Of a stretch of 28,313 bases of DNA, positions 15,154-23,757 are shown piece by piece. A model generated the notes under the pieces. That model saw only the letters and a list, made by a program, of their open reading frames with translations. It ran no database searches and was not told where the DNA came from. The first letter of the stretch is position 1, and the number at the start of each line of letters is the position of its first letter. A program made the translations under genes and the position numbers. Source of the DNA: a virus (Duplodnaviria > Caudoviricetes); the IMG/VR virus record IMGVR_UViG_3300032266_000692, positions 1 through 28,313 of that record. The stretch is one strand, 5' to 3'.

Positions 15154-16017
15154 ATGGCCGCATACCCCATCACGTCTGAGACCGGAAACCTCACGAGCAC
15201 CGCGGCGATCACCGCCGGAAACGATCTCTACTACCTCCTCACCACGGCGCTCAGGATCACTACCGACATCGCCACGATCAACATCGAGAGCGGCGATGTG
15301 GACATCACGCAGGCCAGCACGGGCGGCGTGAACATGATGGAGCGCATCCAAGGCCTGCGCACCGGCACCGTGGACTTCTCGGGAGTGTTCCCCAAGACCA
15401 CGCCCCCCTTGGGCATCACGAGCTCGGTCACCTTCGCCAACGGCTACGTCCAGTTTATCAACGCTTGGAGCATCGACGTGACTTGGCCCGAGATCGACAT
15501 CACCAGCACCGTGGGCGGCTCGGCCACGTGGCGGAAATGGATGCCCGGCGGAACCGGCACGTGGTCTGGTTCCTACACGTGCAAGGCCTCGAGCGGCGCC
15601 GGCCCCGCGCTTCCCAGCTCGGCGGCGACCGGCGCCTACGGCTCGGCCACCTTCGTCCTCGCGGACGTGGGCGCGAGCGATCCGACCCTCGCCGGCACCA
15701 TCGGAATCCCGAGGCTCAGCCAGGTGGTGAAGATCGGCGACGCCAGCGTGATCACCTACTCATTCCAGGGCTCGGGCGATCTCACCCAGAGCAACGCCGG
15801 GCTCACGGCGGCCTCGGGCGCGATCACCAGGCCCAAGTGGGATCTGGCCGCGGCCGGCACCGCGGATAACACGTGCCTCCTGACCGTGTGCAACTCGCCC
15901 ACGAGGACGTGGGCATTTCCGGCCTTCTGGAACAAGCTCAGCCTCTCGTGGAAGATGGACGACGTGATCCGCTTCTCTGGCACCCTCCGAATCGCCGACA
16001 CCGCCACCGTGGTCTAA
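15154..16017 (+). CDS. Major tail (tube) protein with apparent internal duplication
   Basis: WSIDV...IDIT...WRKWMPG...WSGS and ITYSFQGSGDL are siphovirus tube motifs; lies before the tape measure gene. Confidence 0.7.
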   Translation: MAAYPITSETGNLTSTAAITAGNDLYYLLTTALRITTDIATINIESGDVDITQASTGGVNMMERIQGLRTGTVDFSGVFPKTTPPLGITSSVTFANGYVQFINAWSIDVTWPEIDITSTVGGSATWRKWMPGGTGTWSGSYTCKASSGAGPALPSSAATGAYGSATFVLADVGASDPTLAGTIGIPRLSQVVKIGDASVITYSFQGSGDLTQSNAGLTAASGAITRPKWDLAAAGTADNTCLLTVCNSPTRTWAFPAFWNKLSLSWKMDDVIRFSGTLRIADTATVV

Positions 16018-16029
16018 GGAGCCGCCGGC

Positions 16030-17265
16030 ATGGCCGACCGCAACGCCATCGAGCTCAACATCGGCCTCCGCGCTGACGACTCTCAGCTGGCGGGCGATAT
16101 CGCGCGGATCAAGGCGAAGGTCGATAAAACGCCCATGCCCGTGGGCGAGCCAGCGGCGGAAGCGACCAAGGCCACCGAGGAGGCCACCAAGAAGGTGGAG
16201 GAGCTCGGCGAGGAGACCAAGAAGGCCGGCGAGAAGGGCAAGGAGGCCTTCGGAGAGGGCGGGCTTGGCGGAGCCCTCCGAGACGCAAAGAAGAAGTTTG
16301 GCGAGCAGATCGAGGTAGTGCAGGGCCTGATCGGAAAGCTCGTGGCCGTGGGCGCGGTAGCTACCACCTTCTACAACATTGGCAAGATCATCGGCGACCA
16401 GATTGTCGATAAGCTCGAGAGCGCCAGCGAGAAAGCCGCCAACTTTCTGATCACGGTCAACAAGGCCGACGCGAAGAGCGCGGTGAAACAGATTTCGGAT
16501 CAGGTCCAGAAGCTCAACGAGGAGATCGCCGACACCGACAGCAAAACGCAGCAGCTTCTCAAGACCTACGGCGTGACCGCGATTACGGGTGGTGTATCTC
16601 AGCTCTTTGTGAAGGACAGGCAGAAGCTCATCGACGAGCGGAAGAAGCTCCTCGAGGATCTCAAGGGACTCTCCAACCGAGTGGCCGGAGACAAGGACAA
16701 GGCGCAAGACGAAGCCGACGCCAAAGAAGAGGACAAGCGAAAGGCGCTTATCGAACGACTCGGCGACCTCAACGCCAAGGCCATCATCGACGGCATGGAT
16801 GAAGAATCCAAAATCCAAGCCGAGGCGCAAGAAAAGATCGCGGACATCAAGAAGGCCTTCAACCTCCTCTCGGATCAAGATCGGATCGCGCAGGAGGCCA
16901 CGACTCAACAGGCGATTGCCGCACTTCAAACTAAGGCCATCCAAGACATCCAAGCTCGACGCCAAGCCGCGACCGATGAAGCCGCGAAGAAGGCCGAAGA
17001 AGAGAGAAGCAAGGAAGAAGCTTGGCAAGACAAGATTCGCGAATGGAATGAGCAGCAAAACGAAGCCGACCGCAAGCGCGGAGAGATGGCCCAAAAAGTT
17101 CGCGATGACTGGATGAAGAGCCTCCAGGATATTCGGCAGGAGATCAACGCCACCTTCGGGCAGGAATCCGCCAACACGATCACCCAGTTTTCGCAGCAGC
17201 TTCAAGTGCAGACCATGCAAGCCGCCGGCAACATGAACCGCATATACACCGAGGGAGTGGGCTAA
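16030..17265 (+). CDS. Tape measure protein (short, 411 aa)
   Basis: TAAGGAG SD; N-terminal IELNIGLRADDSQL; helical charged sequence with a small Gly/Ala hydrophobic patch; synteny. Confidence 0.68.
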   Translation: MADRNAIELNIGLRADDSQLAGDIARIKAKVDKTPMPVGEPAAEATKATEEATKKVEELGEETKKAGEKGKEAFGEGGLGGALRDAKKKFGEQIEVVQGLIGKLVAVGAVATTFYNIGKIIGDQIVDKLESASEKAANFLITVNKADAKSAVKQISDQVQKLNEEIADTDSKTQQLLKTYGVTAITGGVSQLFVKDRQKLIDERKKLLEDLKGLSNRVAGDKDKAQDEADAKEEDKRKALIERLGDLNAKAIIDGMDEESKIQAEAQEKIADIKKAFNLLSDQDRIAQEATTQQAIAALQTKAIQDIQARRQAATDEAAKKAEEERSKEEAWQDKIREWNEQQNEADRKRGEMAQKVRDDWMKSLQDIRQEINATFGQESANTITQFSQQLQVQTMQAAGNMNRIYTEGVG

Positions 17266-18126
17266 ATGGCTCTCACAGCTTACGAGCTCGCGCTCGAGGC
17301 CCAGTATGGAACCGACCGAACCGGCAAGGAAACGGCCACGCGGCGCTTCGTCGTCTCGACCATCAACCCGGCGGCGGCGCTCGAGGCGGAGAACCTTCCT
17401 CAGCCCAATACCACACACCCGGATTTCCCGACTGTGCGCCTCGACCGATACTCGGTCTCCGTCGATGGCTCTGGCGTGTGCCGCGTGGATTGCATGTATT
17501 CGGTCGATGGGCGATTCATCGACGTGCGACGGCCGAATCGAGACAACCCAGCGTGGTATCACTGGGGATGGGCTCAGCGCAAGGTCCAGGTCGAGATCCC
17601 CATGGCCATTCGCTCCATGGTGCTCGCCACCTCGGGCGCGGGCACAGAGGTCGAAAAGAAGGTGTGGAAGATCGGCAAGAAGATCCTCAACGAGACGCGC
17701 GTGATCAGGCCCTTGCAGGTGCGCGTTCAGATCACCAACGTGCGGATCTTCGACGTGATCGCAGCGCAGACCGACAAGCTCCACTTGATGCCGGATGGAG
17801 GTTACTACCACTTCGAAGGCGCGACCGTGAGCCAAGTAGATGACGCCGGAAACTACGACATTTCATATTCATGGGAGCGCGACACCGGAACGAGATGGCT
17901 TCCTCCTCCCAGAGATCCGCAGACCGTGAGGTATTGCCGTCTTTTCGTTTACAACAACGGAGCCCCATTCGAGCAGACAGATATCCGGCGAATCCCCTAC
18001 ACCGTTTTCGCCGCGTGGCAAGACGGCAACCCCGAGACCGACGTGCCCAAGTGCCTTCTCGAGGATCTCTACGACACCGAAGAAGATGGGTGGCGGCTTC
18101 TCCCCGGCGCCTCGAGGATCATCTGA
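17266..18126 (+). CDS. Putative distal tail/hub protein
   Basis: Directly follows the tape measure gene; beta-rich; ATRRFVV...HPDFP; function inferred from position. Confidence 0.45.
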   Translation: MALTAYELALEAQYGTDRTGKETATRRFVVSTINPAAALEAENLPQPNTTHPDFPTVRLDRYSVSVDGSGVCRVDCMYSVDGRFIDVRRPNRDNPAWYHWGWAQRKVQVEIPMAIRSMVLATSGAGTEVEKKVWKIGKKILNETRVIRPLQVRVQITNVRIFDVIAAQTDKLHLMPDGGYYHFEGATVSQVDDAGNYDISYSWERDTGTRWLPPPRDPQTVRYCRLFVYNNGAPFEQTDIRRIPYTVFAAWQDGNPETDVPKCLLEDLYDTEEDGWRLLPGASRII

Positions 18127-18551
18127 TGGCGGACCCGCGCGTCATCATCGGCCGCATCGTGAGCGTGGAGGGCAACACGCCAGGACCGGCCACGTTCATT
18201 TCCTACACCATCGCCGTCCACGATCCCAACGTGGAGGGCATATTCCGGCTCGAGCAGCAGCGGCCGATCCAGAGATGGCCCGACACCATCGACACCGTGG
18301 CGCTCCCCGTGGGAATGCTTGTGATGGGCGCCATCGAGGCCAACGTGGTGAGGTGGCATTTCATGGAGATGCCGGCCTTCAAGGATTGCGCGGCGGCGAA
18401 CCCCAACGGGCTCACGGCTCGCCGGCTCAAGGATTCTGGCATCGGACCTGGCCTCATTCCCATCGTGCCGCCAGTGGCTGGCGGAGGAACCATCGGCGGC
18501 GGTCAATCGGCGCCGGTGCCTGGACCAGATTCAGCAGGAGCTACAGACTGA
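18126..18551 (+). CDS. Hypothetical tail-tip protein
   Basis: ATG at 18126, TGATG coupling at both ends; MADPRVIIGRIVSVEG... Confidence 0.6.
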   Translation: MADPRVIIGRIVSVEGNTPGPATFISYTIAVHDPNVEGIFRLEQQRPIQRWPDTIDTVALPVGMLVMGAIEANVVRWHFMEMPAFKDCAAANPNGLTARRLKDSGIGPGLIPIVPPVAGGGTIGGGQSAPVPGPDSAGATD

Positions 18552-18907
18552 TGGCCACGCGCATCGACATCCTCGCACCCGTGGGCGCGCCGACCTCGAC
18601 GTGGAATCCCGCCACCATGCTCTCGAGCATCGGCTCGGGCTTGGTGTACGACGTGACCGGCTACGCCCGAATCGTCGCCCAGCTCGACACGCCCGTGGAT
18701 TCGGCGCTCGCTGGCACCGTGACCCTCCAGTGCTCGCTCAACGGGCAGTTTTGGTACGACATCCCCAGCGGCGCGGTGAGCTACACCACCTCCGGCGTGA
18801 CTCAGGCCGTGGGCGTCGAGGGTCTGCGCTTCGTCCGATACCAGGTGACCACCACCAGCGGCGCCGTGGAGCTCGACCTCACCGTGACGGGGATCATGGA
18901 TGTCTAA
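18551..18907 (+). CDS. Small beta-sandwich virion protein
   Basis: ATG at 18551; GTVTLQCSLNGQFWYDI...LRFVRYQV resembles the pattern in 11356..11826. Confidence 0.6.
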   Translation: MATRIDILAPVGAPTSTWNPATMLSSIGSGLVYDVTGYARIVAQLDTPVDSALAGTVTLQCSLNGQFWYDIPSGAVSYTTSGVTQAVGVEGLRFVRYQVTTTSGAVELDLTVTGIMDV

Positions 18908-19844
18908 AAAGGTCCAAGTACCTACCGGCCGACTCGGCGAGACCACTCAGTGGCTCGGCGTGATCGCGCTTCCAACGAGCTCCACGGGTACCGTCACGAG
19001 CGTGGCGGCCACCGTGCCCTCGGGCCTCCTGACCGTGACGGGTACGCCGATCACGAGCTCGGGCACCCTCGCGCTCGACCTCGCCACCCAATCGGCCAAC
19101 AAGGTGCTCGCCGGCCCGACCTCGGGCTCGGCCGCGGCGCCGACCTTCCGAGCCATGGTGGCCGCGGATCTTCCTCCCTACGTGATGAGCCACCTCCGGC
19201 GGCGTGCGGCTTCGCATCCGGCACGCGGCGGCACGGGCCGCACCGTGGTGGGCGCGACGGGCGGCACGCCTACGGGCACCGTGGGCAATACGGCGGACTC
19301 GGCGACGGGCTCGTTTCAACCTTGGACCAGCGCGGGCACCTCGGGCAGCATCGCCGGCGGCGCGATCCTGGCCAGCGGCGCGACGGGCTCGGACCTCCGC
19401 CTCGACAATCTCCCCATCGCGGTTTATCGATTCCAGACCGATAGCAGCATTGCGAACGTGCGATATCTGATCGGCCTGACCAACGGCTCACTCGGGACAA
19501 GCGACACGCCCAACACGGCCCAGGTGCTACTCCTCAGGTATTCGACCTCGGCGAGCGATGCCGGATGGGTGGTTTACTCCGCGGACGGCACCAACGGCAC
19601 CACCTCCGCGAGCGTGGGCAGCATCGCCGTGAGCACGGCCTATACGCTCATGTTCCGCGCGGTGAGCAGCTCGAGCGTGGAGGTGTGGCTCGGAACCACC
19701 GAGGCCAATCTCGCGCTCGTGGCCACGGTGACCTCAACCCTTCCGGCGGCCACCACCTCGCTCTTCTCGATCCTTCAAATGACCACGCTCGCAGCCGCGG
19801 CGCGAATCATGTATTTCGGCCACTATGACCAGAGCTCAATCTGA
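18900..19844 (+). CDS. Tail fibre / receptor-binding-like protein
   Basis: GTVTSV...TVTGTPITSSGTLA...ANKVLAGPTSGSAAAPTFRA.VAADLP is a common phage fibre segment; Ser/Thr/Gly-rich lectin-like C-terminus. Confidence 0.68.
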   Translation: MSKKVQVPTGRLGETTQWLGVIALPTSSTGTVTSVAATVPSGLLTVTGTPITSSGTLALDLATQSANKVLAGPTSGSAAAPTFRAMVAADLPPYVMSHLRRRAASHPARGGTGRTVVGATGGTPTGTVGNTADSATGSFQPWTSAGTSGSIAGGAILASGATGSDLRLDNLPIAVYRFQTDSSIANVRYLIGLTNGSLGTSDTPNTAQVLLLRYSTSASDAGWVVYSADGTNGTTSASVGSIAVSTAYTLMFRAVSSSSVEVWLGTTEANLALVATVTSTLPAATTSLFSILQMTTLAAAARIMYFGHYDQSSI

Positions 19845-19879
19845 TACACTGATCACGAACCCCTCGAGAGAACCAACCC

Positions 19880-20791
19880 ATGCCCGTGAATGAAATCCTG
19901 AACAACGGCGCCACCTCCTTGGCCGCGGCCAACTGGCTCACCTTCGCTGGCGCGGCGGGTGGCGGCCTCGTCAATAACGCCACCCTGTGGATTCAGCAGG
20001 GCACGCAGACCGTGACGGCGGGCCTCTCGCCCTCGCTCAGCCTCGGCCTCACCTCGCTCGACATCACGCCGGGGTTCTCGGGCACCATCGGCGGCGCCAC
20101 GGGCTCGCTCGCGGCCGAGACCGATAACACGGTTTTCTCGCAGATCACGCAGCTCCCCCGCGTTCGCTATGAAGCCTCGGGTGGTGCGCTCTACTACACG
20201 CCTCAGGGCGCCGGCGGCGCTTCCGATACGTGCCACTATTTCCAGGTCAACGGCGGCGGCTCGGCCTACCTCACCGGCACGGGCACCGTGCGCCGCCTCG
20301 AGCTCACCGCGGGCCGCGTGTATGTGAGCCAGAACGTCGGCAGCGTGGCCAACTATCGGTGGGTTTTCTCGGGCGGCTCCGTTACCATCGACGTGAATAC
20401 CACGACCGACCTCCACGCCATCACGGTGCTGGGCGGCCAGCACGTGATCAAGCGCGGCATCGCCGGCACCACGGTAACGGCGGGCTCGAGGACCGAGGGA
20501 CTCGTGATGGGAGGCGGCGCGGTGACCCTCGACGCGGGCTCCAACGTATTCGCCGATATCCGCCTGATGGGCGGCACGCTGACCGTGCTCAATGCCGGCA
20601 ACCCCGACGCCTCCACGGCGGGCATCACCAACATCATCGCCACCGGCGGCACGCTCGACCTGTCCAAGCTGCAGCGGCCTATGACGGTGACCCTGATGGA
20701 GGACGGCCCGGGATGCACGATCATTACCTCCAAGTATCTGACCATCACGACCCGCAACCCCATCGGCCGCGGATCTGACGGCCTCAACTAA
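19880..20791 (+). CDS. Gly/Thr-rich beta-helix-like virion or adhesin protein
   Basis: Recurrent xxGGxxxx strands (FSGGSVTI, LGGQHVI, MGGGAVTL, LMGGTLTV, ATGGTLDL). Confidence 0.6.
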   Translation: MPVNEILNNGATSLAAANWLTFAGAAGGGLVNNATLWIQQGTQTVTAGLSPSLSLGLTSLDITPGFSGTIGGATGSLAAETDNTVFSQITQLPRVRYEASGGALYYTPQGAGGASDTCHYFQVNGGGSAYLTGTGTVRRLELTAGRVYVSQNVGSVANYRWVFSGGSVTIDVNTTTDLHAITVLGGQHVIKRGIAGTTVTAGSRTEGLVMGGGAVTLDAGSNVFADIRLMGGTLTVLNAGNPDASTAGITNIIATGGTLDLSKLQRPMTVTLMEDGPGCTIITSKYLTITTRNPIGRGSDGLN

Positions 20792-20793
20792 TC

Positions 20794-21708
20794 ATGCCGG
20801 CCATCATCGCCACCGACCGCGCGCTCGGAGTGGTGAACCGCCAGCTCGTGACCGATGCCGGCGGTGCGCCGTGCTGCTGTGGTGGCTCAGGGTGCTGCGC
20901 TCTCAACCTTCCCTGTCAGCCCTTCGGAATCCAGACGTGCGTGGGGAATCGCCTCACGCGGGCGACATGCCCGAGCGTGACTAGCTATCGGTTCGTGATC
21001 TCGACCGAGTACCGCCTGGATCTCACTCGGCGCTATCAGATCAGCAGGCCGCCCACGAGATTCGGAGAGCCCCCGCGAATCACCGTGATAGTCCGGCGTG
21101 TCCAGATCGCCTTCACCGCCAGCTATTCGAAGTGCTATGTGCCTGGTGACACTCTCGAGCCCATGCTCGGAGATCCGGCCACGATCACCGGCGTGCAGCT
21201 CGAGAGCGTGACCGAGAACGGCGCCAGCGCCTTCGAATACTTCGCCGGCGGAGATGTGCAGGGCTCGAGCACCGAGGCCTTCGAGATCCTAAACCAATCG
21301 GGCACCACCTACGGGCCGAGCTATGTGGACGCCTTCGCCCAGCTCTTCGGCGCTGTGCCGGCCAGTCCGCGCGTGCGATTCGGCTTCGACCCTTTGCCGA
21401 TGGATTCGGCGCTGATCGCCATCACGGGCGGCGAGGGCGCGACGTGCTCGAGCTCCTTCGCCTACCCCAACCTCGGAAACTCAGGGCGATGGGCCTTCGA
21501 TGACCAGTGCGCCGGCGGCTCGCTCGAGTTCGCCTCAAGCCAATCCTTCGTGAATGGCCCGACCTCGCGGACCATGGAGACCGCGTACCGAACCACGTGG
21601 AGGCGCGAATACTGCCCGTGCGGCCCCGGCGGCGGCTCGACGCCCCAGGGGCGCGGGGGCGGATGCGTCGGGTGCGGCGACGCCTCGAGTCTCGAGGTGA
21701 TCGGGTGA
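20794..21708 (+). CDS. Hypothetical protein with Cys-rich termini
   Basis: PCCCGGSGCC near the N-terminus; CPCG and GGCVGCG at the C-terminus. Confidence 0.7.
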   Translation: MPAIIATDRALGVVNRQLVTDAGGAPCCCGGSGCCALNLPCQPFGIQTCVGNRLTRATCPSVTSYRFVISTEYRLDLTRRYQISRPPTRFGEPPRITVIVRRVQIAFTASYSKCYVPGDTLEPMLGDPATITGVQLESVTENGASAFEYFAGGDVQGSSTEAFEILNQSGTTYGPSYVDAFAQLFGAVPASPRVRFGFDPLPMDSALIAITGGEGATCSSSFAYPNLGNSGRWAFDDQCAGGSLEFASSQSFVNGPTSRTMETAYRTTWRREYCPCGPGGGSTPQGRGGGCVGCGDASSLEVIG

Positions 21709-21989
21709 GCGCGTGGGCGGCCATCGCCGGCGCGGCTCGGTGGCTCACGTGCTCGCCGGCGGAGCCCGTGGAGGCCTCCAGACGGGCCGCGGTTTGCGAG
21801 GGGTGCCCGAGCCGGGTACTCGTGCGCGTCCGCGGCGTGGGGCTTCTGGCTGGCTTCTGTGGCCACCCCATGACCGAGACCACCACGACGTGCGGGTGCC
21901 TGGTTCAGTGGGGCCTCCAGCTCGACCAGCTCGAGCCAGCGGGAAAATCGACCTGCGCCGGCGAGAAATGCCCACAAGGGCGCTGGTAA
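21705..21989 (+). CDS. Small Cys-rich metal-binding protein (DUF6171-like pattern)
   Basis: GTG at 21705 (GTGA overlap); RRAAVCEGCP...CG...CGC...K......CPQGRW. Confidence 0.65.
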   Translation: MSAWAAIAGAARWLTCSPAEPVEASRRAAVCEGCPSRVLVRVRGVGLLAGFCGHPMTETTTTCGCLVQWGLQLDQLEPAGKSTCAGEKCPQGRW

Positions 21990-22056
21990 CCCCCCTACTT
22001 GTGGGGTCCGAATAACAGAATCTTGCACAATCTGGCACGTATACGCGCTTCATGGC

Positions 22057-22084
22057 TTGAAACGTGGCGATGAACGGGTATACT
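22057..22084 (+). promoter_or_regulatory. Sigma70-like early promoter TTGAAA-N16-TATACT
   Basis: -35 at 22057-22062 and -10 at 22079-22084 in the AT-richer gap between the late and early modules. Confidence 0.7.
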
Positions 22085-22123
22085 CATCCTGTCGGCCACG
22101 TGTGTGGCCGCGAATCGAACCCT

Positions 22124-22138
22124 CAGCAGGAGCAACCC
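22124..22138 (+). promoter_or_regulatory. Start-associated 15-mer CAGCAGGAGCAACCC, copy 1
   Basis: Contains an SD; immediately before ATG 22139. Confidence 0.9.
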
Positions 22139-22366
22139 ATGAACGAAGTGACCAAGACCGACTACATGATCGTCACCGCCAAGTGGCACCGCACCTTCAA
22201 GATCTATCGGATTCCAGCCACGATCTACGACGAGACCACCGACTGGCACAGCATGAATGGGCACGATTGGAGTGATGACGAAGGCGGCGAGATCACCAGC
22301 GACCTTTTCAACTACGTGGCGATCCGATTCGAGGGTGGTCCTCTCGACGGCAAGATTCACGAATGA
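22139..22366 (+). CDS. Early hypothetical protein (75 aa)
   Basis: Starts at the leader motif; MNEVTKTDY...FEGGPLDGKIHE. Confidence 0.75.
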   Translation: MNEVTKTDYMIVTAKWHRTFKIYRIPATIYDETTDWHSMNGHDWSDDEGGEITSDLFNYVAIRFEGGPLDGKIHE

Positions 22367-22445
22367 TTCTCTCAAGCCCAGCACCGGCTAACGCCGATGC
22401 AAGGGCATTACCCCCGGCAACGTGCCGGAGATCATTTCGGAACCC

Positions 22446-22460
22446 CAGCAGGAGCAACCC
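22446..22460 (+). promoter_or_regulatory. Start-associated 15-mer, copy 2
   Basis: Identical 15-mer before ATG 22461. Confidence 0.9.
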
Positions 22461-22673
22461 ATGAGCCAGATCAAGAGCATCACCGGCCGCCCGCGAGTTC
22501 GCAAGCCTGACATTCACACCATTGCCGTAAGGGAGGCTTACGAAGATGGCCTTGCCGCGTGGGCCTTGGCCAATGGATTCATCTGCCCTGACGGCACGCC
22601 CATGGTTTACTCGGCGTCACAGCGCCGGCTCGTCCAGCGTGCTCGTGAACGTGCTCAGAAGAGCGTTTCCTAA
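22461..22673 (+). CDS. Early small basic protein, possibly DNA-binding
   Basis: GRPRVRKP followed by a short strand and helices, weakly ribbon-helix-helix-like. Confidence 0.65.
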   Translation: MSQIKSITGRPRVRKPDIHTIAVREAYEDGLAAWALANGFICPDGTPMVYSASQRRLVQRARERAQKSVS

Positions 22674-22683
22674 CCCCTCACCT

Positions 22684-22698
22684 CAGCAGGAGCAACCC
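22684..22698 (+). promoter_or_regulatory. Start-associated 15-mer, copy 3
   Basis: Identical 15-mer before ATG 22699. Confidence 0.9.
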
Positions 22699-22923
22699 AT
22701 GAACCTCGACGATATCAACGCCAACCTCAATGACGCCCTCCTCCGCCGCGACGAAGCCCGCGATACCTTCGCCCGCGCCCTGTTCCACCGCGATGCCGAC
22801 AAGCCGGCGGCATGGGCTCGGATGCCCCAGGTGAGGGCCGAGCTCGACGCCGCGGAACGTGCCTACGCCATGGCCTACACCGCTCGCATCGAGGCCCTCA
22901 GCGTGATGGGCCGCCGGTACTGA
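22699..22923 (+). CDS. Early hypothetical helical protein (74 aa)
   Basis: Starts at the leader motif; MNLDDINANLNDALL... Confidence 0.75.
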   Translation: MNLDDINANLNDALLRRDEARDTFARALFHRDADKPAAWARMPQVRAELDAAERAYAMAYTARIEALSVMGRRY

Positions 22924-22949
22924 TCACCGCCAACCAAGGAGACACACCC

Positions 22950-23240
22950 ATGAACCAGTTCTACCTCATCAACCAGCTCGTGAACGATCACCTCACCGCC
23001 AAGCCCGCCGGCGTCGGCGGCGTCGAGGCCAAGCCCCTCACGCTCGCCGAGGAGCCCATGACCACCGGCGAGGAGCGCGAGATCCAGAAGGCCGCCCTTG
23101 AGGGCCTCACCCGCAACCTCGAGCGCTCCGTGGCCATCATCGCGCTGTGTCGCGCCGTGGACCGCCTCATCTCGGCCGGCCACACCGAGGCCGCGGCGTG
23201 GCTCTTCGACCAGCGCGACAACATCGCCCGCAGCATGTGA
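22950..23240 (+). CDS. Early hypothetical protein (96 aa)
   Basis: AAGGAG then ATG at 22950; typical codon usage. Confidence 0.75.
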   Translation: MNQFYLINQLVNDHLTAKPAGVGGVEAKPLTLAEEPMTTGEEREIQKAALEGLTRNLERSVAIIALCRAVDRLISAGHTEAAAWLFDQRDNIARSM

Positions 23241-23334
23241 TCACCGCGGCGTGGGGGAGACCTCTCGCCGCGATTTAGGGCCGACTCGCGGCGTGTGCCG
23301 CGACGGCTCGAGACCCGCAGATAGGGAGAACAGC

Positions 23335-23757
23335 GTGAGCAAAACCAAGAACCAGCTCGACTTCAAGCACCAGCACCGCCTCAACGTGTGGGCGGATTCG
23401 AACCGCGAGAAGTTCCGCAACGCGACGCGCGAGGAGATCGCCGACATGGCGAGCGAGGCCCTCGGCTTCACGATCACCAGGAACAACATCATCGGCGTGA
23501 TCCGCGTGCTCGAGATCGACACCGAGAAGGAGAAGCCTCTCCAGCCCGAGCTCTTCGTGGCTCAGAATCTCGCCGCCCTCACCGAGCGCGTGGAGCAGCT
23601 CGAGCAGGAGCTCCACAAGCTCCGAACCCTCGAGGCAAGGGTGCGCGACTTCACGAGCAGCATGGCCAACACGGTGCAGGAGCTCACCAAGCGCGTGAAC
23701 GAAAACGAGATCATCGTGGAGCGCACCGCGGCCCGCGTGCTCAGGAGGTCCAACTGA
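23335..23757 (+). CDS. Hypothetical protein with HTH-like N-terminus and coiled-coil C-terminus
   Basis: GGGAG then GTG at 23335; TREEIADMASEALGFTITRNNI; LTERVEQLEQEL. Confidence 0.65.
   Translation: MSKTKNQLDFKHQHRLNVWADSNREKFRNATREEIADMASEALGFTITRNNIIGVIRVLEIDTEKEKPLQPELFVAQNLAALTERVEQLEQELHKLRTLEARVRDFTSSMANTVQELTKRVNENEIIVERTAARVLRRSN

Noticed and set aside
15760-17835. 691-aa minus-strand Leu-rich ORF
   Set aside because: Antisense shadow of the Lys/Glu-rich tape measure gene (AAG/GAG read as CTT/CTC); no independent evidence.
21990-22010. Intrinsic terminator at the end of the late operon
   Set aside because: Only a weak CCCC/GGGG stem and no U-tract.
22118-22700. Repeated 15-mer as a CRISPR array or integron attC sites
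   Set aside because: Repeats are too short, non-palindromic, spaced by whole genes and contain the SD; no cas or integrase gene.
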